20,000 nucleotides of DNA from an uncultured virus (IMG/VR IMGVR_UViG_3300032294_003095). Its lineage: Duplodnaviria > Heunggongvirae > Uroviricota > Caudoviricetes. The DNA lies in IMG/VR virus record IMGVR_UViG_3300032294_003095, one strand, 5' to 3'. Position numbers and translations under genes: made by a program. Below are positions 1 to 9,148 of the stretch, in pieces. A model generated the notes under the pieces. It saw nothing but the letters and a program-made list of their open reading frames with translations, was not told the DNA's origin and did not search any database. Numbering within the stretch: position 1 is the first letter of the stretch; each line of letters begins with the position of its first letter.

Positions 1-2
1 AA

Positions 3-968
3 CTAAATAAAGTTATAAGAGAATTTTTTGATAGCAGTGACGCTTCTAGTGACTCATCATTATCTGCAGAGGAACAACAGAAACAGGCAGAGGAAAGAGC
101 TAAACAAGAAAAACAGGAAAGAGAGAATACTATTAATGAGGCAACAGCCGGTGTATCAAACTTATTAAAAAGTTTCGCAGACACTATAATAAAAAAATAT
201 AGAGTAGCAGCTCTTGGTGTGGTAACAAGTCTTACAGGTATACCATCAACACCTTGGCATGTTACACTTGGAAATCCATTAAGACCAATTTTTTCAAGTG
301 GTGATATGTTATGTGAAGAAGTAACAATTAATTTGGGACCACAGTTGGGATTCAATGATTTACCTTCTTCCATAGAGGCAGAATTTAAATTAACAAGTGC
401 TAGAAATCTTGGTATAGATGAGATAATGGAGAAATTAAGTTGCGGAGCTATTAGAATAACTGTCGAACAACCAACATTTTGGAATAAAGTTGAGGGAGAT
501 GCCAGTCCTAATTCAGACTCTGGTACTGGTGGAAATACAACACAACTAAGTGGTCCAACCGCTTCACCACCTCCTAATAACGAGGTTAAAGAAGAAGATG
601 CACCAGTTGTTGCAACACAATCAAGTGCTGAACAATCAAAAGTAGGTAACGAACCATCTACTGATACTACATCTACAAATGGACAGACTATAAATCCAGA
701 TGCTAATAGTAGTGAGCCTATTTTAGGAAAAACAGAGTTACCAACATCAAGTGATGAAGAATATACTGTTAAAAGTGGTGATACAATTTGGGGAATAGCT
801 AAAAAGAGTTTAGGACCTGATGCAACAAATGCTGAAGTTAATGCAAAAATGAAGGAAATTATTGCTAAGAATAAGAATAAAAATCCATCTGAGGCAGATG
901 GAATAGTAAAAGCTGGTCAAAATAGTGATCCAGACTTTATTGTACCTGGTGAAAAATTAATTATTTAA
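3..968 (+). CDS. Tail/baseplate-associated protein with C-terminal LysM domain (5'-truncated by window edge)
   Basis: The frame is open from position 3, upstream of the listed GTG at 219. C-terminal LysM signature YTVKSGDTIWGIAK...PDFIVPGEKLII follows a long S/T/P/N-rich linker. The gene lies directly before gp53-like and hub genes. Confidence 0.65.
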   Translation, partial: LNKVIREFFDSSDASSDSSLSAEEQQKQAEERAKQEKQERENTINEATAGVSNLLKSFADTIIKKYRVAALGVVTSLTGIPSTPWHVTLGNPLRPIFSSGDMLCEEVTINLGPQLGFNDLPSSIEAEFKLTSARNLGIDEIMEKLSCGAIRITVEQPTFWNKVEGDASPNSDSGTGGNTTQLSGPTASPPPNNEVKEEDAPVVATQSSAEQSKVGNEPSTDTTSTNGQTINPDANSSEPILGKTELPTSSDEEYTVKSGDTIWGIAKKSLGPDATNAEVNAKMKEIIAKNKNKNPSEADGIVKAGQNSDPDFIVPGEKLII

Positions 969-969
969 A

Positions 970-1446
970 ATGAATATAAGTGATATCAATGTTCTTAGAA
1001 GAACTGTAGTTAATGAAAATCTCTATGATTTAACAAAACTGACTTTTAAAACCACTTATCAAGGTGTTAAATATAATACCTATAAAGTTCAAAAAGGTGA
1101 AGAGATGAGAATTGATTTAATTTGTAATTCAATATATGGTAATATTGACCAGATAGATACACTTTTGAATTTTAATGACATCAGCAATCCACTTAATATT
1201 AAAGAAGGAACTGTTATTTATTATCCAGAACCAATAAGTTTAAATAGCTTTAAAATTAATGAAACTACAACTGAAAATGTTCAAGCTAAAATATCTACAG
1301 CTGGTAAAGCGACAACAATAGATCAAAATAGAAAAGATTATATTGAGCAAAACTACACACTTCCACCAACTGTATTGGATAGACCAACTGAACAAGTTGT
1401 GTTAACTGGCAATACTGTCAAAGTTGATAATTTATTTAACAAATAA
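970..1446 (+). CDS. Baseplate wedge protein, T4 gp53-like (LysM-like fold)
   Basis: Motif YKVQKGEEMRIDLICNSIYGN...LLNFNDISNPLNIKEGTVIYYP resembles gp53/tail-X proteins; baseplate gene context. Confidence 0.7.
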   Translation: MNISDINVLRRTVVNENLYDLTKLTFKTTYQGVKYNTYKVQKGEEMRIDLICNSIYGNIDQIDTLLNFNDISNPLNIKEGTVIYYPEPISLNSFKINETTTENVQAKISTAGKATTIDQNRKDYIEQNYTLPPTVLDRPTEQVVLTGNTVKVDNLFNK

Positions 1447-1454
1447 TCTTAATT

Positions 1455-4400
1455 ATGGCTTATCAAATTAAAAATGGAAATATTGTTGCTAAAGATACTG
1501 AAGGAACCAATAGAAAGTTTCCACAGGCAAATGTCGATGTTGTTATATCAGAATGTCGAAGATTAGGTATAAATAACAAGTATATTATAGCTGGTATATT
1601 AGCAGTAATATCTAAAGAATCGGCATTTGTTCCGCAAAATGAAAATTTAAAGTATAGTGAAAAGGGACTAAAATCTACATTTGGAGATTATTTTAATCCA
1701 AGTAGAGCAAATGCTGCAGAATATGTCAAAAATCCTGAAAAAACTGCGAACTATGTTTATGGTGGAACCTGGGAGAATGGTAAATATAAATTGGGAAGAT
1801 ACGGTAATACCTCACCGGGCGATGGATTTAAATATAGAGGAAGAGGATTTAATCAAATTACATTCAAAGGATTATATGAGACATACAAGAAATTAATACC
1901 GTCAATTGTAACAAACCCAGATTTATTAAATAATCCAAAAGAGGCTGCAACTATCAATGCACAATTCTTTTTAAATAATTTTAAAAATTATGATAAAACA
2001 ATAAGAGCAAATTATGGTAGATCAGCACTTGATATTTCTGACTGGGATCAAGCTCTTAAACTGTGTGCTAATGCAAATGCTGGTCTGGGTAAAAGTCCAA
2101 ATAATCAAAAAGTTATCTGGGCATATGACAATTCAAAAAAATGTCACGGGTTCCTAATTGAATATTTGGAAAAAAATCCACAAGGTCAAGACTTTCCACC
2201 TAGTAATCCATCTAATGTGAATAATCAAACAGGCAGCGATCAACCAGTGGATAATACACAACCAACACCTGCTGAACAAGAAAATGCGGCACAAGGTGCA
2301 AATGAACAAGGTAATGATCCAAACAACAATAACACAAATTTAAATAACGGTCAACCTGTTACTATTTTAACACAGTTTTCAAAACCAACAATTGCACCTA
2401 CTAAAATTGAATTCAATCTTGAAGGATATACAAAAAAGGATAAAGAAAAACTATATAAACAACTTGGATACACACCATTTGTTTATTACAACGGAATTCC
2501 AATAGGGTATAAGGATGTAAAGAAGGTAAATCTTTTCCATAAAGGAATTCTACCAGCAATAGAATTATCTTTTGTTGATACTTGGGGTATTTTTAGAGAG
2601 GACGCATTTCCTACAGATGATGCTGTAATTACAATCTATATAAATTCGAGATCTAAAAATCTCAGAAGCATTCATATGGATTTTAAAATTATAGATTTTA
2701 AAGATAATAATGACAACTCATATTACATTGTGGGAATTTGTAACATTCCACAAATTTATCTAAGAAAGTTTAATAGCTATTCTGGAAAAACATCTGTCGA
2801 GGCATTACAAGAAGTTGCTAAACAATGTGAGATAGGATTTTGTTCAAATATTCAAAATAGTGATGATAAAATGACATGGATAAATACTGGATTCATGGTG
2901 AAAGATTTCATTGAGAATATAATTAATAACTCTTATGTATCAGAAACATCATATCAATATGTGTATATCGACTTCTATTATAATCTTTGTTATGTTGATA
3001 TTGGAAAAGAAATGGAGAGAGATGTCACTGGTGATAAAATGGTCGCCTCTTATGGATATAAATTCTTAGCCTCCGCTGAGGATGAGGAGAATCAAGAAAT
3101 TGACGAACAAGTGGTTGATATGGTTCTGCTAAATGATAAATCTATTAAAGACTCACCAGGATATATTGAAAATTTTGAATTGATTAATAAGTCAACAAAG
3201 GTATCTATCAATAAGGCTTATAGAACAAGAACTAAATATTATGATGTTATGAATAAAGAGTTATTGATATTTGATGTTGAATCACAGACATCAGATGGAA
3301 GTAAGTCAATAATTCTTAAATCTAAACCAGGTGATGATAAATTTTTCAAAGAAAATACAAATAATGTATATGTTGGAAAACAGGATATATTTAATGAAGG
3401 TGAGGGTAATGTTCATAAAAATTACAACTACTCTGTTTCTCAAAACAGACAAAATTTAGATGACATAACTAAGCTTTCAGCTAAAATGTATTTACCAAAT
3501 ACAAATTTTAATATCTATATCTATCAAAAGATTCAAATATTTTTCACACCACAAAAGCAAACTCCTTCTATACAAAATGCTTTTTATAAAAGAATATCTG
3601 GAGACTGGTTAATAACAAATTTAGAATTTGAGTATGAGAACGGTGCTTACTACCAAGTTGTTACAGCAATCAAGAGGGAATTGAGTCTTCTTCCTGATGA
3701 AATTGATAAATCAAGCCAATCAAGTAATAGAAGAAATGATGGTAACTCTGCTAACAATGTTAACCAATTATCACCAAATGACACAGCACCTAATGATCCA
3801 GCCGCTTTACAACAACCAAGTAATGTGGCAAATACTGCAAATCCAGATAGAGGAACTTCACCAGAATCTACCGATTCTCCAGCAAATGAGTTAAAAAATC
3901 CACCGGGTACTAATAATAAACTATTATACATAAGTAATAAAGGACTTAAATATATTATTAATCCATCAACCGGTGTAGGTGGTAAGAGACTTAAAAGACT
4001 CACCAGTGATTTACAAGCACATTTAAGAGCAAACGGGTATCCACAAGCTGAGATATCATCCAATGGTATAGTGAGAGATTTACAGGCTGCTGCATATCCA
4101 GGTTCCCCTAAAAGAGTAGCCGGATCACTTCATGGGTCTGGTTTAGCCATAGATGTTAAATTTACCATACCTGGTAAAAAATGGGACAGTATTGATGATA
4201 ATGTGAATTTATCGACTGATGCACAATTAACGAAAACAATTTGGAATTTTGTTGTTTCTCAAAAAGATATAAAATGGGGAGCTGAATTTGGTAAAAGCAG
4301 TCCCGCTAATGGAAATGTTAAAGCCAGAGGTATAACAGAATATCATCACTTCGAATTGAAAAAAGAATACATAAAACAATATTGGGATGAGTATTCAACA

Positions 4401-4484
4401 GAACTTTCTAAACTTGGATATGATCCAGCTAAGTTAAATAATAGTGATGATTTGCAAAAACTATATCTTAAATTATTAGCATAA
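1455..4484 (+). CDS. Virion-associated lysin/baseplate hub fusion: N-terminal GH19 lysozyme, central hub-like region, C-terminal M15-type Zn peptidase
   Basis: GH19 motifs KESAF..ENLKYS and GDGFKYRGRGFNQITFK. M15 motifs GSLHGSGLAIDV (SxHxxGxAxD) and EYHHFE. The domains are separated by N/Q/P-rich linkers. The hub assignment of the central region is inferred from context. Confidence 0.75.
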   Translation: MAYQIKNGNIVAKDTEGTNRKFPQANVDVVISECRRLGINNKYIIAGILAVISKESAFVPQNENLKYSEKGLKSTFGDYFNPSRANAAEYVKNPEKTANYVYGGTWENGKYKLGRYGNTSPGDGFKYRGRGFNQITFKGLYETYKKLIPSIVTNPDLLNNPKEAATINAQFFLNNFKNYDKTIRANYGRSALDISDWDQALKLCANANAGLGKSPNNQKVIWAYDNSKKCHGFLIEYLEKNPQGQDFPPSNPSNVNNQTGSDQPVDNTQPTPAEQENAAQGANEQGNDPNNNNTNLNNGQPVTILTQFSKPTIAPTKIEFNLEGYTKKDKEKLYKQLGYTPFVYYNGIPIGYKDVKKVNLFHKGILPAIELSFVDTWGIFREDAFPTDDAVITIYINSRSKNLRSIHMDFKIIDFKDNNDNSYYIVGICNIPQIYLRKFNSYSGKTSVEALQEVAKQCEIGFCSNIQNSDDKMTWINTGFMVKDFIENIINNSYVSETSYQYVYIDFYYNLCYVDIGKEMERDVTGDKMVASYGYKFLASAEDEENQEIDEQVVDMVLLNDKSIKDSPGYIENFELINKSTKVSINKAYRTRTKYYDVMNKELLIFDVESQTSDGSKSIILKSKPGDDKFFKENTNNVYVGKQDIFNEGEGNVHKNYNYSVSQNRQNLDDITKLSAKMYLPNTNFNIYIYQKIQIFFTPQKQTPSIQNAFYKRISGDWLITNLEFEYENGAYYQVVTAIKRELSLLPDEIDKSSQSSNRRNDGNSANNVNQLSPNDTAPNDPAALQQPSNVANTANPDRGTSPESTDSPANELKNPPGTNNKLLYISNKGLKYIINPSTGVGGKRLKRLTSDLQAHLRANGYPQAEISSNGIVRDLQAAAYPGSPKRVAGSLHGSGLAIDVKFTIPGKKWDSIDDNVNLSTDAQLTKTIWNFVVSQKDIKWGAEFGKSSPANGNVKARGITEYHHFELKKEYIKQYWDEYSTELSKLGYDPAKLNNSDDLQKLYLKLLA

Positions 4485-4499
4485 TTTTATATATACTCT

Positions 4500-5141
4500 A
4501 TGAAATGGATTAAAAAATTCTCAAAGTTTAAAGAGTCTTTAAACATAAATTTAGATGTAAAGATTAATTTGATGGAGTCTCTTTTAAAGGCGGATGAAAA
4601 CCTATTGAATTCAATTTCAGCAGAAGAGGTGGACATTTTTAAAACACTCTTTCTAGATCCAGAGAAATATTCAAATAAGCTACAGTTAGATTTAATAAAT
4701 TCAGACTCAGAAATAGGCATCGATTTTATCAATTCACTTTCATCTATAGGGTTAAAAAAATCACAGATAAACAACTCCGATGACTTTGAGAATTTTGTAA
4801 ATAAGCCTTGTAAATTTATGATGATTTTTACTATCGAGTCAAATGAGTTAGAAAATCCAAAATATATTTTATTTCAAAATTGGAATGAAACATTGAAGAA
4901 ATGGGATGACTTAAAAATGTACTCAATAAATGATGACATTAAAAAGTTTTATGATAAACTTACAAGTAGAACCATCGAGATAACAGAGGACGGAAATAAT
5001 TACATATATTCGACATCTAATGGAAATGATTGGATCCTACAAAATACATCCAATGAGACTGATATCTATAAAAGAAATCTTAGAAAAGAAGAAGTTCAGA
5101 AAATATTAGATGATAGAAAAATAGAATATAAAGTTATTTAA
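4500..5141 (+). CDS. Hypothetical protein with N-terminal capsid-targeting-like motif (MKWIKKFSKFKES)
   Basis: 213-aa ORF preceded by TTATATATA; N-terminal motif shared with other ORFs in the window. Confidence 0.7.
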   Translation: MKWIKKFSKFKESLNINLDVKINLMESLLKADENLLNSISAEEVDIFKTLFLDPEKYSNKLQLDLINSDSEIGIDFINSLSSIGLKKSQINNSDDFENFVNKPCKFMMIFTIESNELENPKYILFQNWNETLKKWDDLKMYSINDDIKKFYDKLTSRTIEITEDGNNYIYSTSNGNDWILQNTSNETDIYKRNLRKEEVQKILDDRKIEYKVI

Positions 5142-5706
5142 TTTTATTTTCAATAAAACTTAGAATAACATTAACCTTTTCATTTTCATCAGACTTTAAC
5201 CACTTGAATGTATATGTGGATTCTAAGAAAATTATTTGGTTTTTATATTCCTCTATTTTATTTTTAATTTTTAATAATAGTTCTTCGTCATAATCAAAAT
5301 TGATCATTAAGTCAGTACAGACTTTGTAAATTGTTACAAAATCTTTAGATTCCATTGCTGTAGTTGCCTCAATGTAGAGATCATTTAACTTTTTATTCTT
5401 GATCTTATCAGGATGTGTCATTTTTACAATATCTCTATAGAGTTTTTTTAGTGGTGGTTCTTCTATTAAAACCTCTTCAATCATTTCTTCACCTTTTATA
5501 TCACTTTCTATGTACCTGATTTTTTTATCAGAATTGGCATACCAAATTTCTCTTAAATTTGGAAATTTGTATAATATTTCCTCAACCGACTCTAAAAAAA
5601 ATTTATCACTTTGCTTTATTATCTCTGAACGATATAGATAATCTGACTCTACAAATTGTAATTCTTTTATTAATCTTTGTAATTCTAAATATTTAAGACT
5701 TGCCAT
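5134..5706 (-). CDS. J-domain (DnaJ-like) co-chaperone protein
   Basis: LKKLYRDIVKMTHPDK matches J-domain helix II plus the HPD motif, followed by a helix (LNDLYIEATTAME). Confidence 0.65.
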   Translation of the reverse strand: MASLKYLELQRLIKELQFVESDYLYRSEIIKQSDKFFLESVEEILYKFPNLREIWYANSDKKIRYIESDIKGEEMIEEVLIEEPPLKKLYRDIVKMTHPDKIKNKKLNDLYIEATTAMESKDFVTIYKVCTDLMINFDYDEELLLKIKNKIEEYKNQIIFLESTYTFKWLKSDENEKVNVILSFIENKIK

Positions 5707-5739
5707 TTAATATAATATTAAAATAATATCTTGTTGTTT

Positions 5740-5748
5740 TAATATATA
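5740..5748 (+). promoter_or_regulatory. Putative phage late promoter TAATATATA (representative copy)
   Basis: The same T(A/T)ATATATA motif lies just upstream of genes at 4487, 8796 and 11905 (+) and 8659, 17351, 18506 and 19841 (-). Confidence 0.6.
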
Positions 5749-5772
5749 CTAAATAATAAAAACTCTGTATTT

Positions 5773-6597
5773 ATGGATATATCACTTTATAAACTATATC
5801 AAATTCTTGAGAATTTGAAAAATGGAGAATCTTTCGACTTTGAAATCGAATTCGTAAAAAAACTCATAGAAAAAAAAGAACTTCTTCTTGAAAATACATC
5901 TGCCACTGGTGGTCCCGCTGGATCAGCTGGTGCATCAAGTGTGGGAGTTGGAAGCTCAGGTGTTGCTCTTGCTAACACTTCAGTTTCCGGAATGGGCCCA
6001 GTTCAATCATCACAACCATCTTCAATACCAGGTGCGTTAAATGGTCAAGCTTGGATATCTGGAGGTGGTCAGGCAGGCAGTGGTGATATATCTGTTCCCT
6101 ACAATCCAAGTGGTGCAAATAGAATGTTTCAAAAATTTCCAGCATTTTCGAAAAAGAAACAAAGCGATCCAAATGTGATTACAAAAAAATCAAGACATAA
6201 ACAATTAGATATGAAAACATTAAAGGATATGATGTCAAGTAAAAAAGCATCTGGTAAAATTATGAACTTCAATGACTTTGAGAAAAAAGACATTACTACA
6301 AAAGTAACAAAGGTTAAAGAAGGTAGAGCATATGATGTTGCTAAAAAAGGAACAAAAGAAACTCATGATATATCTAAATTCCAAGATATGATTGAGTCTC
6401 ATATAAAATCATTAGGTGCTAAAGTTAAAAAAGTTGGAAATGACTTTGAGATACACAGTAAAGATGAGCATGTTGGTCAAGTAATGTTTAGAAAAGATTA
6501 CATAGGTGTTCAAAAGACAGGTAATAAATTTCCACAAGAGTTTGAGTATACTCAATTGAAAAAAGTTAAGGATAAAATTACCGAGTTACTAAAATGA
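5773..6597 (+). CDS. Hypothetical protein, possible processed internal head protein (Gly/Ser-rich segment after LLE)
   Basis: 274-aa ORF with TAATATATA upstream; LLLE-NTSATGG possible protease site; internal KIMNFNDFE motif. Confidence 0.6.
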   Translation: MDISLYKLYQILENLKNGESFDFEIEFVKKLIEKKELLLENTSATGGPAGSAGASSVGVGSSGVALANTSVSGMGPVQSSQPSSIPGALNGQAWISGGGQAGSGDISVPYNPSGANRMFQKFPAFSKKKQSDPNVITKKSRHKQLDMKTLKDMMSSKKASGKIMNFNDFEKKDITTKVTKVKEGRAYDVAKKGTKETHDISKFQDMIESHIKSLGAKVKKVGNDFEIHSKDEHVGQVMFRKDYIGVQKTGNKFPQEFEYTQLKKVKDKITELLK

Positions 6598-7334
6598 GAA
6601 TAAAACTATTTGAAAACTTTAAAAATGAAGAGTTACTTCAAATTGTAAAAGATTGTTTTCAAGATTTGTTAGATGAAGGATTCGCTGAAATTGCTGACTC
6701 TGAAGAATTTATTGAAGAATATAAATCTTCTGTGATTATCTGTTGCACTGTTCCTAAAGATGAGACAGATTCAAGCTCATTTGATAGTTTTTATAATCAA
6801 AAGAAAAAACATTTTGATGTGATTTCTCAAATAAAAAATTGTTTAGATAGAGTAAGACAGGCACACACTGAAGATATTGATATTAACTTCGAATATGGTA
6901 CAGATGGTAATGGAGATCTTCAAATAGACATTTATATTAATGAGGGTTCACCAGAATCTGGAGAATTTTGGAAAATAGGAAAAGATGGAATGTTGAGGCT
7001 AGATTTTGAGAATCTTAAAGAATACTTAAAATTACCTAAAGATTGTAAAATATCTATATCATCCACTGGTAGAAATAAACTAATATCAATTTATTTTAAA
7101 TCGGCAGAAGAGCTAGAATCATATCAAAAGAAAGTGATTGATGAACTTGAAAATATTAAAATACATGATAAAGATTTAGTAGTACCAGAGGTCACTCATA
7201 AGCGAGACAAAGAAAAATATAGAATTCATAAAAACTATAATAGACATAGAAGCACGGGATATTATGATAATAGAGAAGATATAGTTCACTATATTGAATT
7301 CGCTTTAAATCCTGAACTCAATCCAAGTTGGTAA
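6594..7334 (+). CDS. Hypothetical protein with N-terminal capsid-targeting-like motif (MRIKLFENFKNE)
   Basis: 246-aa ORF coupled to the previous gene by an ATGA overlap. Confidence 0.7.
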   Translation: MRIKLFENFKNEELLQIVKDCFQDLLDEGFAEIADSEEFIEEYKSSVIICCTVPKDETDSSSFDSFYNQKKKHFDVISQIKNCLDRVRQAHTEDIDINFEYGTDGNGDLQIDIYINEGSPESGEFWKIGKDGMLRLDFENLKEYLKLPKDCKISISSTGRNKLISIYFKSAEELESYQKKVIDELENIKIHDKDLVVPEVTHKRDKEKYRIHKNYNRHRSTGYYDNREDIVHYIEFALNPELNPSW

Positions 7335-7385
7335 TTTAAACATTTTAGCTTATTTAACATATCATATAAAAAATAATTTATTATT

Positions 7386-7931
7386 TTGCTAAATAAATCT
7401 GAAAAACTAATAATTTTAGGAAAATCTGGATCGGGTAAAGACTACCTAATGAGGAAACTTATAGAAGAAGGTCTTAAAGGATGTCTAAAAATGACTACTC
7501 GACCAATGAGAGTAAATGAAACTCAAAATGTGACTTATAATTTTGTCGATTTTGAAACTTTTAGTGAAAAAATAAACAATGATGAATTAATCTGTTATCA
7601 AAGATTCTCAGTCACTCCCATAGATAAATCTCCAGAAATTTGGTATTATGGAATAACTAAAGAAGAATTTAACAATTCACAAGTTTTCATAATGACACCA
7701 GGCGATCTATCACAAATAGATCCAGAAACAAGGAAAAAATGTTTTGTTGTTTACCTTGATATCGATAGGAGTATAAGAGAAAGTAGAATTCTTAAAAGAA
7801 ATGATAATAATGATTCAGTTCTTAGAAGATTAGACGCTGATGAAATAGATTTTCAAAATTTTAGAGATTATGATTTGAAGTTGACAGATCCTGAATTTTT
7901 AGCATCAGATGTTTTAAGCCTAATGGATTAA
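7386..7931 (+). CDS. gmk: Guanylate kinase
   Basis: P-loop GKSGSGKD, TTRPMRVNE...YNFV and WYYG motifs typical of Gmk; TTG start. Confidence 0.88.
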   Translation: MLNKSEKLIILGKSGSGKDYLMRKLIEEGLKGCLKMTTRPMRVNETQNVTYNFVDFETFSEKINNDELICYQRFSVTPIDKSPEIWYYGITKEEFNNSQVFIMTPGDLSQIDPETRKKCFVVYLDIDRSIRESRILKRNDNNDSVLRRLDADEIDFQNFRDYDLKLTDPEFLASDVLSLMD

Positions 7932-8659
7932 GGTTCTATATAGGTTCTACCGTTCTCAACAATACGCAAACCCTTTAATTGACCATTTATTGAATTACAA
8001 ATAGTTTGAGAATTTGAAATAGTGTTTTCAAGTATTGAAAGTAATATGTTCAATATAGAATACATCTTTAAAAGGTTCTTCTCACTTTCATAGAACTGTG
8101 AATTAGAAATACTCTCAATTAAATCTATCGTAAGTGTTATTGTATCATTATTTTTAGACTTCATTTTCATTGATACTATTTTTGGTATTCCTTGATCCTC
8201 ACACTCCCTCTCATATTCATAAACAATTTTATTTATCAAGTTCAGTAGGCTTTTCCAAAGTTGTGATTGGTCCATGTTTTGATACTCTTTACTTTGTACA
8301 AATTCAGAAAGTGATTTTTTGTAGGCTTTTAAAAATATTGTTAAGTATTTTTTAAATACAACTGTTCTGTAATCAGTTGAAAATTGAAATGTCGGTACTT
8401 TTGAGTATGTCCAGAAGTCAATATAGTTAAATATATCGTGATTTAAAATATCAGATTCTGATATTTCATTACTTGGCATTTCTTTTACTTTTCTTTTCAT
8501 AAAAAATTCAATAAACTTGTCAGTAAATTTTGACCACCAATCTCCAAACCATTGACTTTTTATAAAAGATGTTAATATAAAAATAATAATTGCAAAAATG
8601 AAACCGGCAACTCCGTGCTCCTGAAACATTTTAAAAACATCTTCCATTCCCATACTCAT
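7928..8659 (-). CDS. Membrane-anchored protein with one N-terminal transmembrane helix and a large soluble domain (holin-like topology possible)
   Basis: Hydrophobic stretch GVAGFIFAIIIFILTSFI. TAATATATA overlaps the first ATG, so the real start may be 8653 or 8647. Confidence 0.6.
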   Translation of the reverse strand: MSMGMEDVFKMFQEHGVAGFIFAIIIFILTSFIKSQWFGDWWSKFTDKFIEFFMKRKVKEMPSNEISESDILNHDIFNYIDFWTYSKVPTFQFSTDYRTVVFKKYLTIFLKAYKKSLSEFVQSKEYQNMDQSQLWKSLLNLINKIVYEYERECEDQGIPKIVSMKMKSKNNDTITLTIDLIESISNSQFYESEKNLLKMYSILNILLSILENTISNSQTICNSINGQLKGLRIVENGRTYIEP

Positions 8660-8673
8660 ATATATTAATTAAT

Positions 8674-8714
8674 AAAAAAAGAAAATCCAGGAAGGAGCGA
8701 ATTTCCTGGATTTT
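8674..8714 (-). terminator. Intrinsic terminator (potentially bidirectional)
   Basis: 12-bp stem AAAATCCAGGAA/TTCCTGGATTTT followed by CTTTTTTT on the minus strand; a T run also follows on the plus strand. Confidence 0.75.
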
Positions 8715-8756
8715 TAACCCGTTGCGGAGCAACTTTGACGGTCCTAAGCCGTCTAA
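8674..8756 (-). ncRNA. Candidate small structured RNA (two hairpins plus terminator)
   Basis: GACGG-CTTAGGA-CCGTC and GTTGC-TCC-GCAAC hairpins precede the terminator. The island is GC-rich relative to its surroundings and follows an AAATATATA motif (8768-8776). Confidence 0.5.
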
Positions 8757-8823
8757 AATATATAAAGTATATATTTAAAAGGTCTGGTCCTAAATTAATA
8801 TATAAATAAAATTAAACATAGAA

Positions 8824-9141
8824 ATGGATATTCGTTTTAATATTAACAGAATTGATACACTTCTTAAAGAGAAATTTCAAAATGTGGAAATCAAAGAGAG
8901 TTCTTCAAAAGAATTCGGAAACTATTTTGAAGTATCTGTAAAAGAGTCAAAAGAAGTTAAATTCATTTTACCATATAAAAACATAGACAATAAAATAAAT
9001 TTTGAGTTTTATTACTTTTCAAATCCAATGAATGAGTGTTCATATCTAATACCAAGACATTCAGATGTAGAAAGTATTGGATTAGTTATTTCCGACATTT
9101 TGGAAAATAATAGATTCTCAGAAGAATATTTAAAAAACTAA
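8824..9141 (+). CDS. Hypothetical protein
   Basis: 105-aa ORF with TAATATATA upstream (8796-8804), 7 nt before the gp6-like gene. Confidence 0.7.
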   Translation: MDIRFNINRIDTLLKEKFQNVEIKESSSKEFGNYFEVSVKESKEVKFILPYKNIDNKINFEFYYFSNPMNECSYLIPRHSDVESIGLVISDILENNRFSEEYLKN

Positions 9142-9148
9142 TTAGATT

